Shown here: positions 21,687 to 32,444 of the stretch, piece after piece
Numbering within the stretch: the stretch's first letter is position 1
Layout: every line of letters begins with the position of its first letter
Origin: a bacterium
Lineage (GTDB): Bacteria; UBA8248
Assembly (NCBI GenBank): GCA_965261085.1
Contig: OZ253442.1
Span: 2,592,001-2,656,000, forward strand
Length of the DNA stretch: 64,000 bases
Direction: 5' to 3'
Program-made: the position numbers and the translations under genes
The notes under the pieces: generated by a model
Told to the model about the DNA's origin: nothing
The model's input: only the letters and a program-made list of their open reading frames with translations
Database searches by the model: none

Positions 21687-21964
21687 ACGCCGTTATGGCG
21701 GAACAAAGAGTCAGAATCAGCAATCAAATGGGACTTCATGCCAGGGCAGCGGCGAAATTCGTGAGGCTATCGAGTAAATTCGAGAGCGAAATTTTTGTTC
21801 GATTTCGTGATATGGAGGTAGACGGGAAAAGTATCATGGGCGTCATGATGCTTGCAGCCACTCCTGACTCGGAACTCCTGATAAGCGCATATGGTTCGGA
21901 TGAAGATGCTGCAGTGGCGGAATTGGCGGAAATGGTTCGAACTGGCTTTGGGGAGATGAGATAG
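21683..21964 (+). CDS. ptsH: Phosphocarrier protein HPr
   Basis: GLHARAAAKFV (His15), GKSIMGVMML (Ser46). Confidence 0.93.
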   Translation: MNAVMAEQRVRISNQMGLHARAAAKFVRLSSKFESEIFVRFRDMEVDGKSIMGVMMLAATPDSELLISAYGSDEDAAVAELAEMVRTGFGEMR

Positions 21965-22262
21965 AATTTAGTGAGAATGTGTAGGACATTGAAAGCGTAT
22001 AATATTCAGGTGAAATATAGGGAATTATATATAATGTATTGATAATAAATATTATACTAAATATTATTTACATGAGTAATTTTTTCACATTTGGCATGTG
22101 CTCAACAATTCTCCGATAAGTAGTTTTGCGAATAAACGACATTTATCCCGTGCGCTTCCGTCCAAATTCAAGAAATGATACAAGACGCCAGAAAACGCAT
22201 GTCGTCTGGCGAGGAGTTCTTGTTTGACTCGATGGCGACCTCCAATTCTTGGGAGACTGTAG

Positions 22263-23441
22263 ATGGGTTCCAATCATGGGAGAAATTACATTTTCACTTC
22301 CGAATCTGTTTCTGAAGGGCATCCTGACAAAATTGCCGATCAGATAAGCGATTCCGTTTTAGACGCTATTTTTCATGAAGACCCCAATGGCCGCGTTGCT
22401 TGTGAAACGCTTGTCACGACGGGCATTGTATTCATTGCCGGTGAGATTACGACGACGGCGCATTACGATGCGCGTGAGATCGCGCGCGAGACGATTCGGC
22501 AAATCGGCTACGACGATTCGGCATACGGCTTTGATTGCAATACATGTGCGGTCGTTACGGCGATTGATAAGCAATCCCCCAACATCTCCCAAGGGGTAAC
22601 GGAGGGGGAGGGTCTGTTCCATGAACAAGGTGCAGGCGATCAAGGCATGATGTTTGGATTCGCCTGTCGTGAATCCGAAGAGTTGATGCCCCTGCCCATC
22701 ATGTTGGCCCACAAGTTGGTTCGCAGGACATCGGAAGTAAGAAGAAATGGTGCTTTAGACTATCTGAGGCCCGACAGCAAAAGCCAGGTATCTATTCGCT
22801 ATGAAGATGGCAAACCCGTGGCAATCGACAATGTTGTCATATCCGCCCAGCATTCAGAGGAAGTGGGGCTCGATCAGATCCGTGAAGACATCGTTCGCGA
22901 AGTCATACGCCCCATTCTCCCGGAAGACATGACGACAGAGGACACTAAATTTTATGTGAATCCAACCGGCCTTTTCATCATTGGGGGGCCCATGTGTGAC
23001 ACGGGGCTCACGGGCCGGAAAATCATCGTGGATACCTATGGAGGATACAGCAGGCACGGCGGTGGCGCATTTTCAGGCAAGGACCCCTCGAAGGTGGACC
23101 GATCAGCCGCCTATATGGGGCGATATATCGCCAAAAACATCGTTGCGGCCGGACTTGCTGATAAAGCGGAAGTGCAACTCGCCTACGCCATCGGCATGGC
23201 GGATCCCGTTTCCGTTTTGGTTGAGGATTTTGGAACGGGCCATGTGGATTCGAATGTCTTATCGAGGGCCGTCCGCGAAGTATTCGGCCTCAAACCCAGA
23301 GAAATTATCGAACACCTCGACTTGCGCCGCCCTATCTTCAAAAACACGGCGGCTTATGGACACTTTGGCCGGAATGAACCTGAGTTCACTTGGGAGAAAA
23401 CAGATAAGATAGCCGATTTGAAGACTGCTGTCGGGGCGTAA
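22263..23441 (+). CDS. metK: S-adenosylmethionine synthetase
   Basis: [36 protein letters not shown]. Confidence 0.98.
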   Translation: MGSNHGRNYIFTSESVSEGHPDKIADQISDSVLDAIFHEDPNGRVACETLVTTGIVFIAGEITTTAHYDAREIARETIRQIGYDDSAYGFDCNTCAVVTAIDKQSPNISQGVTEGEGLFHEQGAGDQGMMFGFACRESEELMPLPIMLAHKLVRRTSEVRRNGALDYLRPDSKSQVSIRYEDGKPVAIDNVVISAQHSEEVGLDQIREDIVREVIRPILPEDMTTEDTKFYVNPTGLFIIGGPMCDTGLTGRKIIVDTYGGYSRHGGGAFSGKDPSKVDRSAAYMGRYIAKNIVAAGLADKAEVQLAYAIGMADPVSVLVEDFGTGHVDSNVLSRAVREVFGLKPREIIEHLDLRRPIFKNTAAYGHFGRNEPEFTWEKTDKIADLKTAVGA

Positions 23442-23471
23442 AATAAGGTAACGCTGACTGGCCGATTTTAG

Positions 23472-24752
<1,281 letters not shown>

Positions 24753-24797
24753 CGTTTCTCCGCAACCGATACGCTGCCCGCTGCGGGGGAAGTTTCT

Positions 24798-26117
24798 GTG
24801 GCCGGAAATTTGTTCGCCACGCTGTGCAGGAGAAAAAAAACAAAACGACTGTTGAGGAATTTATTTCTCATCTTTGTTTTTTTTCTTGTTTTTTGGACGC
24901 AAGGTGAAGGGGTCACATTTGGCGCGCGCGGATTGGGCGCGAGAATTCTCGGAGTTCGAGAATTCTCCACGGCAGGTTATGCGCGGATAGTTTTCATATT
25001 GAACCGCGAAACGTTTGATTTTAAATCGGGCCTCTTGAAGAAACCCACGCGAATTTTTCTTGATATCCCTCGCGGGCGAATCGGGCGGGGTGCTCAAATT
25101 CCGAAATTTTCTCCAGGAAGAAGCATCGTATCTCGTCTCAGGTTCGGCAAACCGAGGAAGAACAACCTACGCCTCGTGATTGATATCGCGAAAAAAAATG
25201 TCAAATACCGAGTTTTCACCCTACCGAGTCCGCAACGCCTTGTGGTTGACGTATGGGCCAAAAGCGCGGCTATCTCAAAACTTCCCAAAAGGGGAGGTAG
25301 CAAGCGCCCGGAGCAGGAAAAATCCGCGCGCGCGCGCAGGGTGCCTCCTCGCCGAAAAACTGCCGCAAAGCTGAAGCGCCGCGAGATGAATTTAACGCAA
25401 AGATTTCGTCACAATCTTGGCAGAATCGTCCTGGACCCAGGACATGGGGGCAAGGATCCGGGCGCGGTTGGTTTGTTCGGCTTGAGAGAAAAAAGTGTCG
25501 CCCTAGACATTGCCCGGAGAGCCAGACGGGTGCTGAGGCGCGTCTTGCCCGGCAACCGGATCTATCTCACCAGAACTACTGATAGGTACGTTTCCCTTCC
25601 CTATAGAACATCGTTCGCAAATGAGCATGACGCTGATATTTTCGTGTCGATTCATGCGAACAGTGCGCGTTCACGGCGCATACACGGAATCGAAACCTAT
25701 CTTTTGAGCGAGGCCTCATCGGGCAGAGCACTCAGATTGGCGGCCAGGGAAAGCGGAACGACCCTTGCGCGCATGACCGATTTGCAAAAGATCCTGAATG
25801 ACCTGGGGTTGAGGTCGAAGGTCACGGAGTCCCAGCAACTGGCCCGGCAGGTTCAGCAAGCGATGCTCTCGCGTTTGAGGCCTGGTTATCACGGCATCCG
25901 CAATATGGGCGTGAAACGTGGGCCCTTTTATGTGCTACTCGGCGCCCGGATGCCGAGTATTTTGCTCGAGGTCGCCTTCATCTCGAATCGGCGGGAAGCG
26001 CGGCGAATGGGTAGCCCGAAATACCGCCAAGCGCTTGCAGAAGGTATCGCAAGAGGTATCATGCAGTTTGTAGGCGTCGGTTCCAGAAAAGCCGGAATGA
26101 ACGCCCTGAAACGCTAA
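24798..26117 (+). CDS. N-acetylmuramoyl-L-alanine amidase (AMIN + Amidase_3); start uncertain
   Basis: PTRIFLD and PQRLVVD AMIN segments; DPGHGGKDPG, SIHAN, PSILLEVAFISN. Confidence 0.93.
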   Translation: MAGNLFATLCRRKKTKRLLRNLFLIFVFFLVFWTQGEGVTFGARGLGARILGVREFSTAGYARIVFILNRETFDFKSGLLKKPTRIFLDIPRGRIGRGAQIPKFSPGRSIVSRLRFGKPRKNNLRLVIDIAKKNVKYRVFTLPSPQRLVVDVWAKSAAISKLPKRGGSKRPEQEKSARARRVPPRRKTAAKLKRREMNLTQRFRHNLGRIVLDPGHGGKDPGAVGLFGLREKSVALDIARRARRVLRRVLPGNRIYLTRTTDRYVSLPYRTSFANEHDADIFVSIHANSARSRRIHGIETYLLSEASSGRALRLAARESGTTLARMTDLQKILNDLGLRSKVTESQQLARQVQQAMLSRLRPGYHGIRNMGVKRGPFYVLLGARMPSILLEVAFISNRREARRMGSPKYRQALAEGIARGIMQFVGVGSRKAGMNALKR

Positions 26118-26145
26118 AAACCATTTTTCATCTGGAAACGCCTCC

Positions 26146-27513
26146 ATGCCTTCTCCCGTCTTCGTAATCGTCGGTCGCCCGAATGTGGGGAAATCCACTT
26201 TCTTCAATCGTCTCATCGGCAGACGTGCCGCTATTGTGCAAGCAGAACCGGGGGTGACGCGGGACAGGCGCTACGGCGAGGGGGAATGGGAGGGCAAGAA
26301 ATTTCTCGCTGTTGATACGGGTGGTATCGCCGCAACGGGAAGTGACCCGTTCTTGCCGAAAATTCAAGAACAGACGGTGATCGCCATCGAGGAAAGTGAT
26401 GTTGTTTTGTTTCTTGTTGATGGAATCGAAGGTCTCCTTCCCGGAGATCATGAAGTCGCGCAAATGATCCGCGTCTCGCAAAAACCGGTGCTTCTCATCG
26501 TGAATAAATCGGATTCCAAGCGCACGCGCGAGACGGAATGGGATTTTTACCAACTGGGTCTTGGTGAAGTTCGGCCCGTTTCGGCGGAGCATGGCACAGG
26601 CGTGTCCGATGTGATGGATGAGGCGATTCGTATCGCTTCGAGTGAAATCGGAACCGAGGAAGTGGGAGATGCGGATGAGCGCCGTATCGCCGTCGTCGGC
26701 CGTCAGAACGTGGGGAAATCCTCTTTCGTGAATCAAATTATGGGAAGCGAGCGGACCTTGGTGAGTTCCGTGCCGGGCACGACGCGAGACCCGGTGGATT
26801 CCCTATGTGTGAGAGAGGGGAAATCTTATCGTCTCGTGGATACGGCCGGCATCAGAAGAAGGGGAAAGATTGGCAAGCGCCAGGTAGAGGTGGTGAGCAT
26901 GATTATGGCCTATCGCAGCATTGAGCGCGCCCAGGTCGCTTTGCTTCTGATTGACGCGACTGAAGGCCCGAAGACGATGGATGCGCAGATAGCCCGCCAC
27001 ATCAAGGAATCTGGTCGCGCGTGTGCGATTTTGTTGAATAAATGGGATCTCCTGGCGAAGGAGACCAAGACGTTTGATGAAAAAGTACGTGAGATCAAGG
27101 ACAAACTGGTTCACATCCATTTCGCGCCGGTTCTTTCGGTGTCCGCTCTGACGGGGCAGAGGTGTGAGCGTGTTTTCGATGTAGTAGACAAGATACATGA
27201 GTCTCATCTCAGGCGTGTTCCCACCGGGCAATTGAATCGGGCGATAACGGAAATCGTTCATGCGCATCCTCCGCCCACCGCTTCGGGAGGGCGGCGTCCC
27301 AAGGTGTATTATTCTACGCAGAGCAGCGTTTCTCCGCCCCACGTCATACTCTTTGCGAGCCTCGTAAGCCAAATCCCCGTGGAGCAATACGGGAGATATG
27401 TGGAAAACAGATTGAGAGAGCGGTTTGATTTTGAGGGTACGCCGCTTAGGGTGAGCTTTCGCCAAAGAGGGACGAGCGCCCCGCGAAGACGAAGTGGAAG
27501 AGCAAGACGATAA
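26146..27513 (+). CDS. der: Ribosome biogenesis GTPase Der
   Basis: Two GTPase domains (GRPNVGKS/DTGG; GRQNVGKS/DTAG), KH-like end FDFEGTP. Confidence 0.97.
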   Translation: MPSPVFVIVGRPNVGKSTFFNRLIGRRAAIVQAEPGVTRDRRYGEGEWEGKKFLAVDTGGIAATGSDPFLPKIQEQTVIAIEESDVVLFLVDGIEGLLPGDHEVAQMIRVSQKPVLLIVNKSDSKRTRETEWDFYQLGLGEVRPVSAEHGTGVSDVMDEAIRIASSEIGTEEVGDADERRIAVVGRQNVGKSSFVNQIMGSERTLVSSVPGTTRDPVDSLCVREGKSYRLVDTAGIRRRGKIGKRQVEVVSMIMAYRSIERAQVALLLIDATEGPKTMDAQIARHIKESGRACAILLNKWDLLAKETKTFDEKVREIKDKLVHIHFAPVLSVSALTGQRCERVFDVVDKIHESHLRRVPTGQLNRAITEIVHAHPPPTASGGRRPKVYYSTQSSVSPPHVILFASLVSQIPVEQYGRYVENRLRERFDFEGTPLRVSFRQRGTSAPRRRSGRARR

Positions 27514-27730
27514 CTTCAAGGATTTTCGAGAATTTAGAGCAAACGCACAAGTTCATAGTTCATACCTAGCTTTAATGATGCCCTGCAAGTAATTCATTCT
27601 GATTGACAAAGCGAACCTTGAATGGCAGGATTCCAGAAATACTTGTTTTCGCATTTATCACCAAGTCAGGCGCGAGATTATTTCAAATCGTCACGTTGCC
27701 AAAGGGCTGATATCAGAGGAGTTGAGGTAG

Positions 27731-29818
27731 ATGGCGGCGCACGAAACAGACAAAATTCGAAACGTTGCTTTGGTGGGGGAGGGAGGAAATGGAAAAACTT
27801 CTCTCGTTGAAGCCTGCCTCTTCACCGCGGGAAGCACGGACAGGCAAGGGAAGGTTGATGCGGGTAGCACGATTCTCGACTCGGAACCCGAAGAGGTCAA
27901 GAGAAACTCCTCGATCTTGGGAGCAGTGGCCTACGCCGATTGGAACAGGCATCGCTTCAATCTTTTCGATACGCCGGGGTATTCGAATTTCATATCGGAT
28001 ACCGTCGCGGCCATTCGCGCATGTGACAACGCCGTCGTCGTCCTGAATTCTCATTCAGAGCCGAAAGTGATTACCGAAAAAGTTCTGGGCTGGGCCGAGG
28101 AAGAAGGCTTGGCCACATTCATATATCTGAACCAGATGGATCATGAACAAGCCGATTTGAGCCGTGCGATGGAATATGCGGAAAAGACGATCAATAAACG
28201 TCTCGTCGTATTGCAGCTCCCCATGAACCCGGGTGCCGATTTCAACGGGGTTGTCGATCTTATCTCGGGCAAAGCTTACACCTACCAGGTGGAAGGTAAT
28301 GGAAAAGGTGTGGAAAGCGACGTTCCGGCGGAACTTGCAGATGCCTATGAAGAGTATCGTGGGCAGCTCATCGAGTTCGCGGCGGAGGCGAACGAAGAAG
28401 TCCTCGAGAAATATCTGGAGGGAGAGGAACTTTCGCCGGATGAGATCGTTCAGGGGTTGCGCCATGGCATTCAGGAAGGTTCTTTCTTTCCGGTTTTGTG
28501 CGGGTGTGGTTTGAAAAACGTAGGTACGGACCTTTTACTCAAAGCGATTGAGCAGTTTGGCGCCTCGCCTTTGGCGCATGAATTCAAAGCGAAAGACACG
28601 AACGGCGAGGAAATGAGCATCAAAGCGGATTCAGACGAGCCTTTCCGCGCCTTGGTGTTCAAGACGGTAGTGGACGCTTTCGCCGGCAAGTTGAATTATT
28701 TCCGGGTGGTCTCGGGCGAGGTTTCTTCCGATGCCAGTGTTCTCAACACCACGCAATCGGAGAAAGAGAGAATCGGTTCTTTGCTCTTCATTCAGGGGAA
28801 AGGACAGTCTCCCGTCTCCGACAAACTTGTGCCGGGAGATATCGCCGCGCTCGCCAAGCTGAAAACCACGAGAACGGGGGATACGCTTTGCGACGAGGCC
28901 GGCGCCGTTGTGTTCGAGCCCATCAACTTCCCATCGCCCGTCATCTCCTATGCAGTGGCTTCCAAGACCAAGGGCGATGAGGAAAAACTCAGCACGGCCC
29001 TCGCGCGTTTGCGCGATGAGGACCCCGCGCTGACCATCAGCCGTGACCCCCAAACAAAAGAGATGCTTCTTTCGGGCCTGGGCGTTTTGCATATCGAGGT
29101 GATGGTCGAACGCATCAAGCGCAAATATGGCGTAGAAGTGGAGATGAAGACACCGCGCGTGCCCTACAAGGAAACGATTAAGGGCAGAACCAAGGTGCAG
29201 GGCCGCTACAAGAAGCAAACCGGTGGACGAGGGCAGTTTGGAGACACCTGGCTTGAGATTGAACCGCTGCAGCGAGGAGGCGGGTTCGAGTTCGTGGACA
29301 AGATTGTGGGCGGAGCGATTCCCAAGACATACATTCCGGCCGTGGCGAAGGGGATTGTGGAGGCGATGGATTCTGGAACTTTGGCCGGCTACCCCGTGAC
29401 GGATCTGAAAATCACGCTTTACGACGGCAGTTTTCACAACGTCGACAGTTCCGAAATGGCGTTCAAAATAGCTGGTTCGCTCGGTTTCAAGAAAGGCGTT
29501 CAGGAATGCAGGCCAACTCTCATCGAGCCTATTATGAACATGCAAATCGTTGTTCCCGAAGAGTACATGGGCGACATCATCGGGGACATGAATTCACGTA
29601 GGGGCAGGGTGCTTGGGATGGATCCCGGCATTGGCGGCAAGCAGGCCATCAAGTCTCAAGTTCCCATGGCGGAGGTTTTGAACTATGCGCCCGCGCTGCG
29701 ATCGCTTACCGCAGATCGTGGTGATTTCTCTATGGAATTTTCTCATTACGAGGAAGTGCCGGGACAGATTACTGAAAAAATTATATCTGAAGCGGCGATT
29801 GCCCGTGAGAGCGAATAA
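27731..29818 (+). CDS. Elongation factor G paralogue (EF-G2 type)
   Basis: EF-G domains (LRDEDP, YKKQTGGRGQFG, HNVDSSEMAFK) with divergent G motifs GEGGNGKT, RNSSI, DTPGY, NQMD; outside the str operon. Confidence 0.92.
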   Translation: MAAHETDKIRNVALVGEGGNGKTSLVEACLFTAGSTDRQGKVDAGSTILDSEPEEVKRNSSILGAVAYADWNRHRFNLFDTPGYSNFISDTVAAIRACDNAVVVLNSHSEPKVITEKVLGWAEEEGLATFIYLNQMDHEQADLSRAMEYAEKTINKRLVVLQLPMNPGADFNGVVDLISGKAYTYQVEGNGKGVESDVPAELADAYEEYRGQLIEFAAEANEEVLEKYLEGEELSPDEIVQGLRHGIQEGSFFPVLCGCGLKNVGTDLLLKAIEQFGASPLAHEFKAKDTNGEEMSIKADSDEPFRALVFKTVVDAFAGKLNYFRVVSGEVSSDASVLNTTQSEKERIGSLLFIQGKGQSPVSDKLVPGDIAALAKLKTTRTGDTLCDEAGAVVFEPINFPSPVISYAVASKTKGDEEKLSTALARLRDEDPALTISRDPQTKEMLLSGLGVLHIEVMVERIKRKYGVEVEMKTPRVPYKETIKGRTKVQGRYKKQTGGRGQFGDTWLEIEPLQRGGGFEFVDKIVGGAIPKTYIPAVAKGIVEAMDSGTLAGYPVTDLKITLYDGSFHNVDSSEMAFKIAGSLGFKKGVQECRPTLIEPIMNMQIVVPEEYMGDIIGDMNSRRGRVLGMDPGIGGKQAIKSQVPMAEVLNYAPALRSLTADRGDFSMEFSHYEEVPGQITEKIISEAAIARESE

Positions 29819-29841
29819 TTCGCATATAGAGGGTTCTTATC

Positions 29842-30999
29842 ATGGCGAGAAAAGGGGTGAATCTTCTGGAAGGCGATGATGAGGAAAGGGAAGGCGATTC
29901 GGAGGAAGACTCCGGAGACGACGGAGGAAGTTACGAACGGCGCAGAGGTGGTTTCGTCGATGTCTTGATGGTCATCCTGTTCGTGTGTGTCATGCTGGGT
30001 GGAGTGGCATGGGCGGGATATCAGTTTTGGTGGCTTCCCAAAATGAAAAATGCGGCGCAACTCAAAAGAGCCCGCATAACTCAAGAGAAGCAAAGAAGAA
30101 TTCGTTTGGCGAAGATGAGAATATCGGCTGAGGGTATGAAACGGGCTCCTGGCGCCCCTGGACAACTTCAGCAAGCCGAGAGCGCCCAGGAGCAAAAAAG
30201 AACTCTTGATGAATCGGCTCGAACAGAGCAGCCCGAGCGCCCCGCACCTTCAAGGCCAGCCGAAAAACCAGATACCCCTGCTAAATCGATGATGAAACAA
30301 AAAGCCAAGCCCTTAAAGCCGGATAAAAAGCCGGCGCGGGAGATGATGGTGGCCGCTAAAATGCCCGAGAAAAAAGCTCCGGCTAAAACAACAGAACCCA
30401 GGCGGCCGAGTCCCGTGAGAAAACAGGTTGTTGGGGAAAAAGCTGAGACGGCGAAACCGGGGAAAGCGAAAATCCGAAGTGGGGCAGGCGTCCGTAAACC
30501 GTCTCAGGGTTTTTACTATAGCGTTCAGGTGGCTTCCTGCCTTACCGGGCGTTGCGCGGAATCATTTTCAAAACGCTTGAGGGGTAAGGGCTTTACCCCC
30601 TTCAAGATTGCAGGAGCAAGCCGCGCGAGGAGGCGCAGTGGTCGAATGACGGAGGTGCGACTCGGCTCGTTTTCGAGTCTTGCCGAGGCCCGGGCCTTGG
30701 CGAGCGAGGCGAGGAAGAAAAAGATCGGAGCCAGGGTGTACCGATATAAAAATCAATGGAGAGTGGCTGCAGGAAGTTTTAGAAATTTAGAAGATGCAGC
30801 CCTTCTCTTGGATCGTGCGGAAGATTCTGGTTTTCGTGGCGAGCTTGTCTCGCGGCTTGAAAGTGGCGGGACAAGGCGGCTTTACAAAATAAGAACCGGA
30901 AAATTCGAGAGTCTTCGTGATGCTTTGGCATTCAGGAAAAAAATCCGCCTTGCCGGATTTTCGGATGCCATCGTAGTTCGCCGAAGGTCGAGAAAATAG
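29842..30999 (+). CDS. Single-TM SPOR-domain protein (FtsN/DamX-like architecture)
   Basis: Acidic N-tail, TM, K/P/A-rich linker, [28 protein letters not shown]. Confidence 0.75.
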   Translation: MARKGVNLLEGDDEEREGDSEEDSGDDGGSYERRRGGFVDVLMVILFVCVMLGGVAWAGYQFWWLPKMKNAAQLKRARITQEKQRRIRLAKMRISAEGMKRAPGAPGQLQQAESAQEQKRTLDESARTEQPERPAPSRPAEKPDTPAKSMMKQKAKPLKPDKKPAREMMVAAKMPEKKAPAKTTEPRRPSPVRKQVVGEKAETAKPGKAKIRSGAGVRKPSQGFYYSVQVASCLTGRCAESFSKRLRGKGFTPFKIAGASRARRRSGRMTEVRLGSFSSLAEARALASEARKKKIGARVYRYKNQWRVAAGSFRNLEDAALLLDRAEDSGFRGELVSRLESGGTRRLYKIRTGKFESLRDALAFRKKIRLAGFSDAIVVRRRSRK

Positions 31000-31004
31000 G
31001 GAGT

Positions 31005-31433
31005 TTGGCCATGCCCCAGACCGCCCGGAATCAGCACATACCCGACAAGTTGTTTTTCAAGATCGGTGAAGTGGCGGAATTGACGGGTACGAAGCCCCAT
31101 GTATTGCGTTACTGGGAGAGTGAATTCCGAATGCTCCGGCCGGCGAAAGGTGATTCTGGACAACGCATTTATCGCCGCAAAGACGTTGAACTCGTTTTTT
31201 CGATCAAACAATTGTTGTATGAAGAGAACTTCACCATTGCCGGAGCCAAGAAACAGCTTCATAAGCAAAGAGCAGCGAGAGCTGAGGCGAATAAGGCGAA
31301 AAAGCCTGTCGAAGCCAAGCCGGAAATTGCTCCTGTGTTGCCGTTTGAAAGCTCAAGTCGGGAAAACATCGATCTGGCGTGGATTCGCAAAGAACTCAGG
31401 GAAATTATCGGAATTCTTAATAGGGGCCGTTGA
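31005..31433 (+). CDS. MerR-family HTH regulator (type usually beside ihfA)
   Basis: [35 protein letters not shown]. Confidence 0.9.
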   Translation: MAMPQTARNQHIPDKLFFKIGEVAELTGTKPHVLRYWESEFRMLRPAKGDSGQRIYRRKDVELVFSIKQLLYEENFTIAGAKKQLHKQRAARAEANKAKKPVEAKPEIAPVLPFESSSRENIDLAWIRKELREIIGILNRGR

Positions 31434-31654
31434 GGCTTGCCTGGATTCGATTTACTTACTTCGCGCCGGTCCGCATTTCGAAAAGCGATTGACGGATCGG
31501 CCCGTTCCGCTTATTGTGCCACCGCTCATTTCCAAGGACGGAAACCGCGCAAGAGGTTTTTTGAATCTGGATAGCTGACGCGAGAATGGTTCATAGATTT
31601 CGGTGGCGCCATTGTCGCTGATATGGGATTTTAACCCTAAAGGATTATGGTGAG

Positions 31655-32326
31655 ATGGCCAGGACTTTCAGGAAAGAAATCCGGCAGCCGGATGCATTGC
31701 AGACTTATGGAAGAAAAATGGTTCTTTGGTTCATTGAGAACCAGAAGATTTTCTATGTGGGGCTGGGCGCTGTTATTGTGGTGGCGGCCATTTTTGTGGG
31801 CTACCGTATGTGGGATGAGCGCGCAAGAGAAAAAGCGTCCTTGGCCTATGGTTTGGCCAAATTCGCTTCTCCGGACGGCAAGGGGGAAGCAGCGGAGGCC
31901 GCGTTTCAAAAAGTGGCTGACGAGTATCCACGCTCGCGCCCGGGCCTTCTGGCTCGATTACATCTGGCGGCTTTGCTGCGTGATAGAAAACAAATTCAAG
32001 GCGCGCGGGCGCAGTATGAACTTGTGGTGAAAAGCGGCGTTTCATCAGAGACCGACAAGGAACTGGCGAAACGTGGAATCGCCTCCGTCTTGATGCTGGA
32101 TGGCGCCTGCGGCGAGGCTATCCCGGTGTGGGAGTCGATTCTGAAGAATGGGAGTCTCTTCACGTCTGAAGATCTGTATATATCCATTGCAAATTGTATG
32201 GAGAAACTCGGTCGAGTGGAGGATGCGCGAAAGACTTATGAGGAATTAAGTAAAAAACACCCTGAGAGTCCATTTTTGACCGATCAAATCCGCGCGAAGC
32301 TAAGCGACGCGCAAGCCGCCAAATAG
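31655..32326 (+). CDS. Membrane-anchored TPR protein (YfgM-like)
   Basis: KEIRQPD, one TM, helical repeats with YP.S motifs. Confidence 0.75.
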   Translation: MARTFRKEIRQPDALQTYGRKMVLWFIENQKIFYVGLGAVIVVAAIFVGYRMWDERAREKASLAYGLAKFASPDGKGEAAEAAFQKVADEYPRSRPGLLARLHLAALLRDRKQIQGARAQYELVVKSGVSSETDKELAKRGIASVLMLDGACGEAIPVWESILKNGSLFTSEDLYISIANCMEKLGRVEDARKTYEELSKKHPESPFLTDQIRAKLSDAQAAK

Positions 32327-32356
32327 CGGACACCCTGGAAATCCCGCACGCGTTAA

Positions 32357-32384
32357 ATTGTTGATAAGGTATGTTATGTAAAAT
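32357..32384 (+). other. dif: XerCD dif site (chromosome dimer resolution)
   Basis: ATTGTTGATAA-GGTATG-TTATGTAAAAT, 11-6-11; right arm differs by 1 nt from E. coli TTATGTTAAAT; intergenic; KOPS-like octamers converge on it. Confidence 0.8.
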
Positions 32385-32444
32385 TAAATTCCGACATGTT
32401 TTCCTGAACCCTCGCTTTAACTCCCCTGCATGATAGACTGGGTC

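Noticed and set aside
22180-22262. Hairpins upstream of metK as a SAM/SAH riboswitch
   Set aside because: Short stems only; conserved riboswitch core motifs not found.
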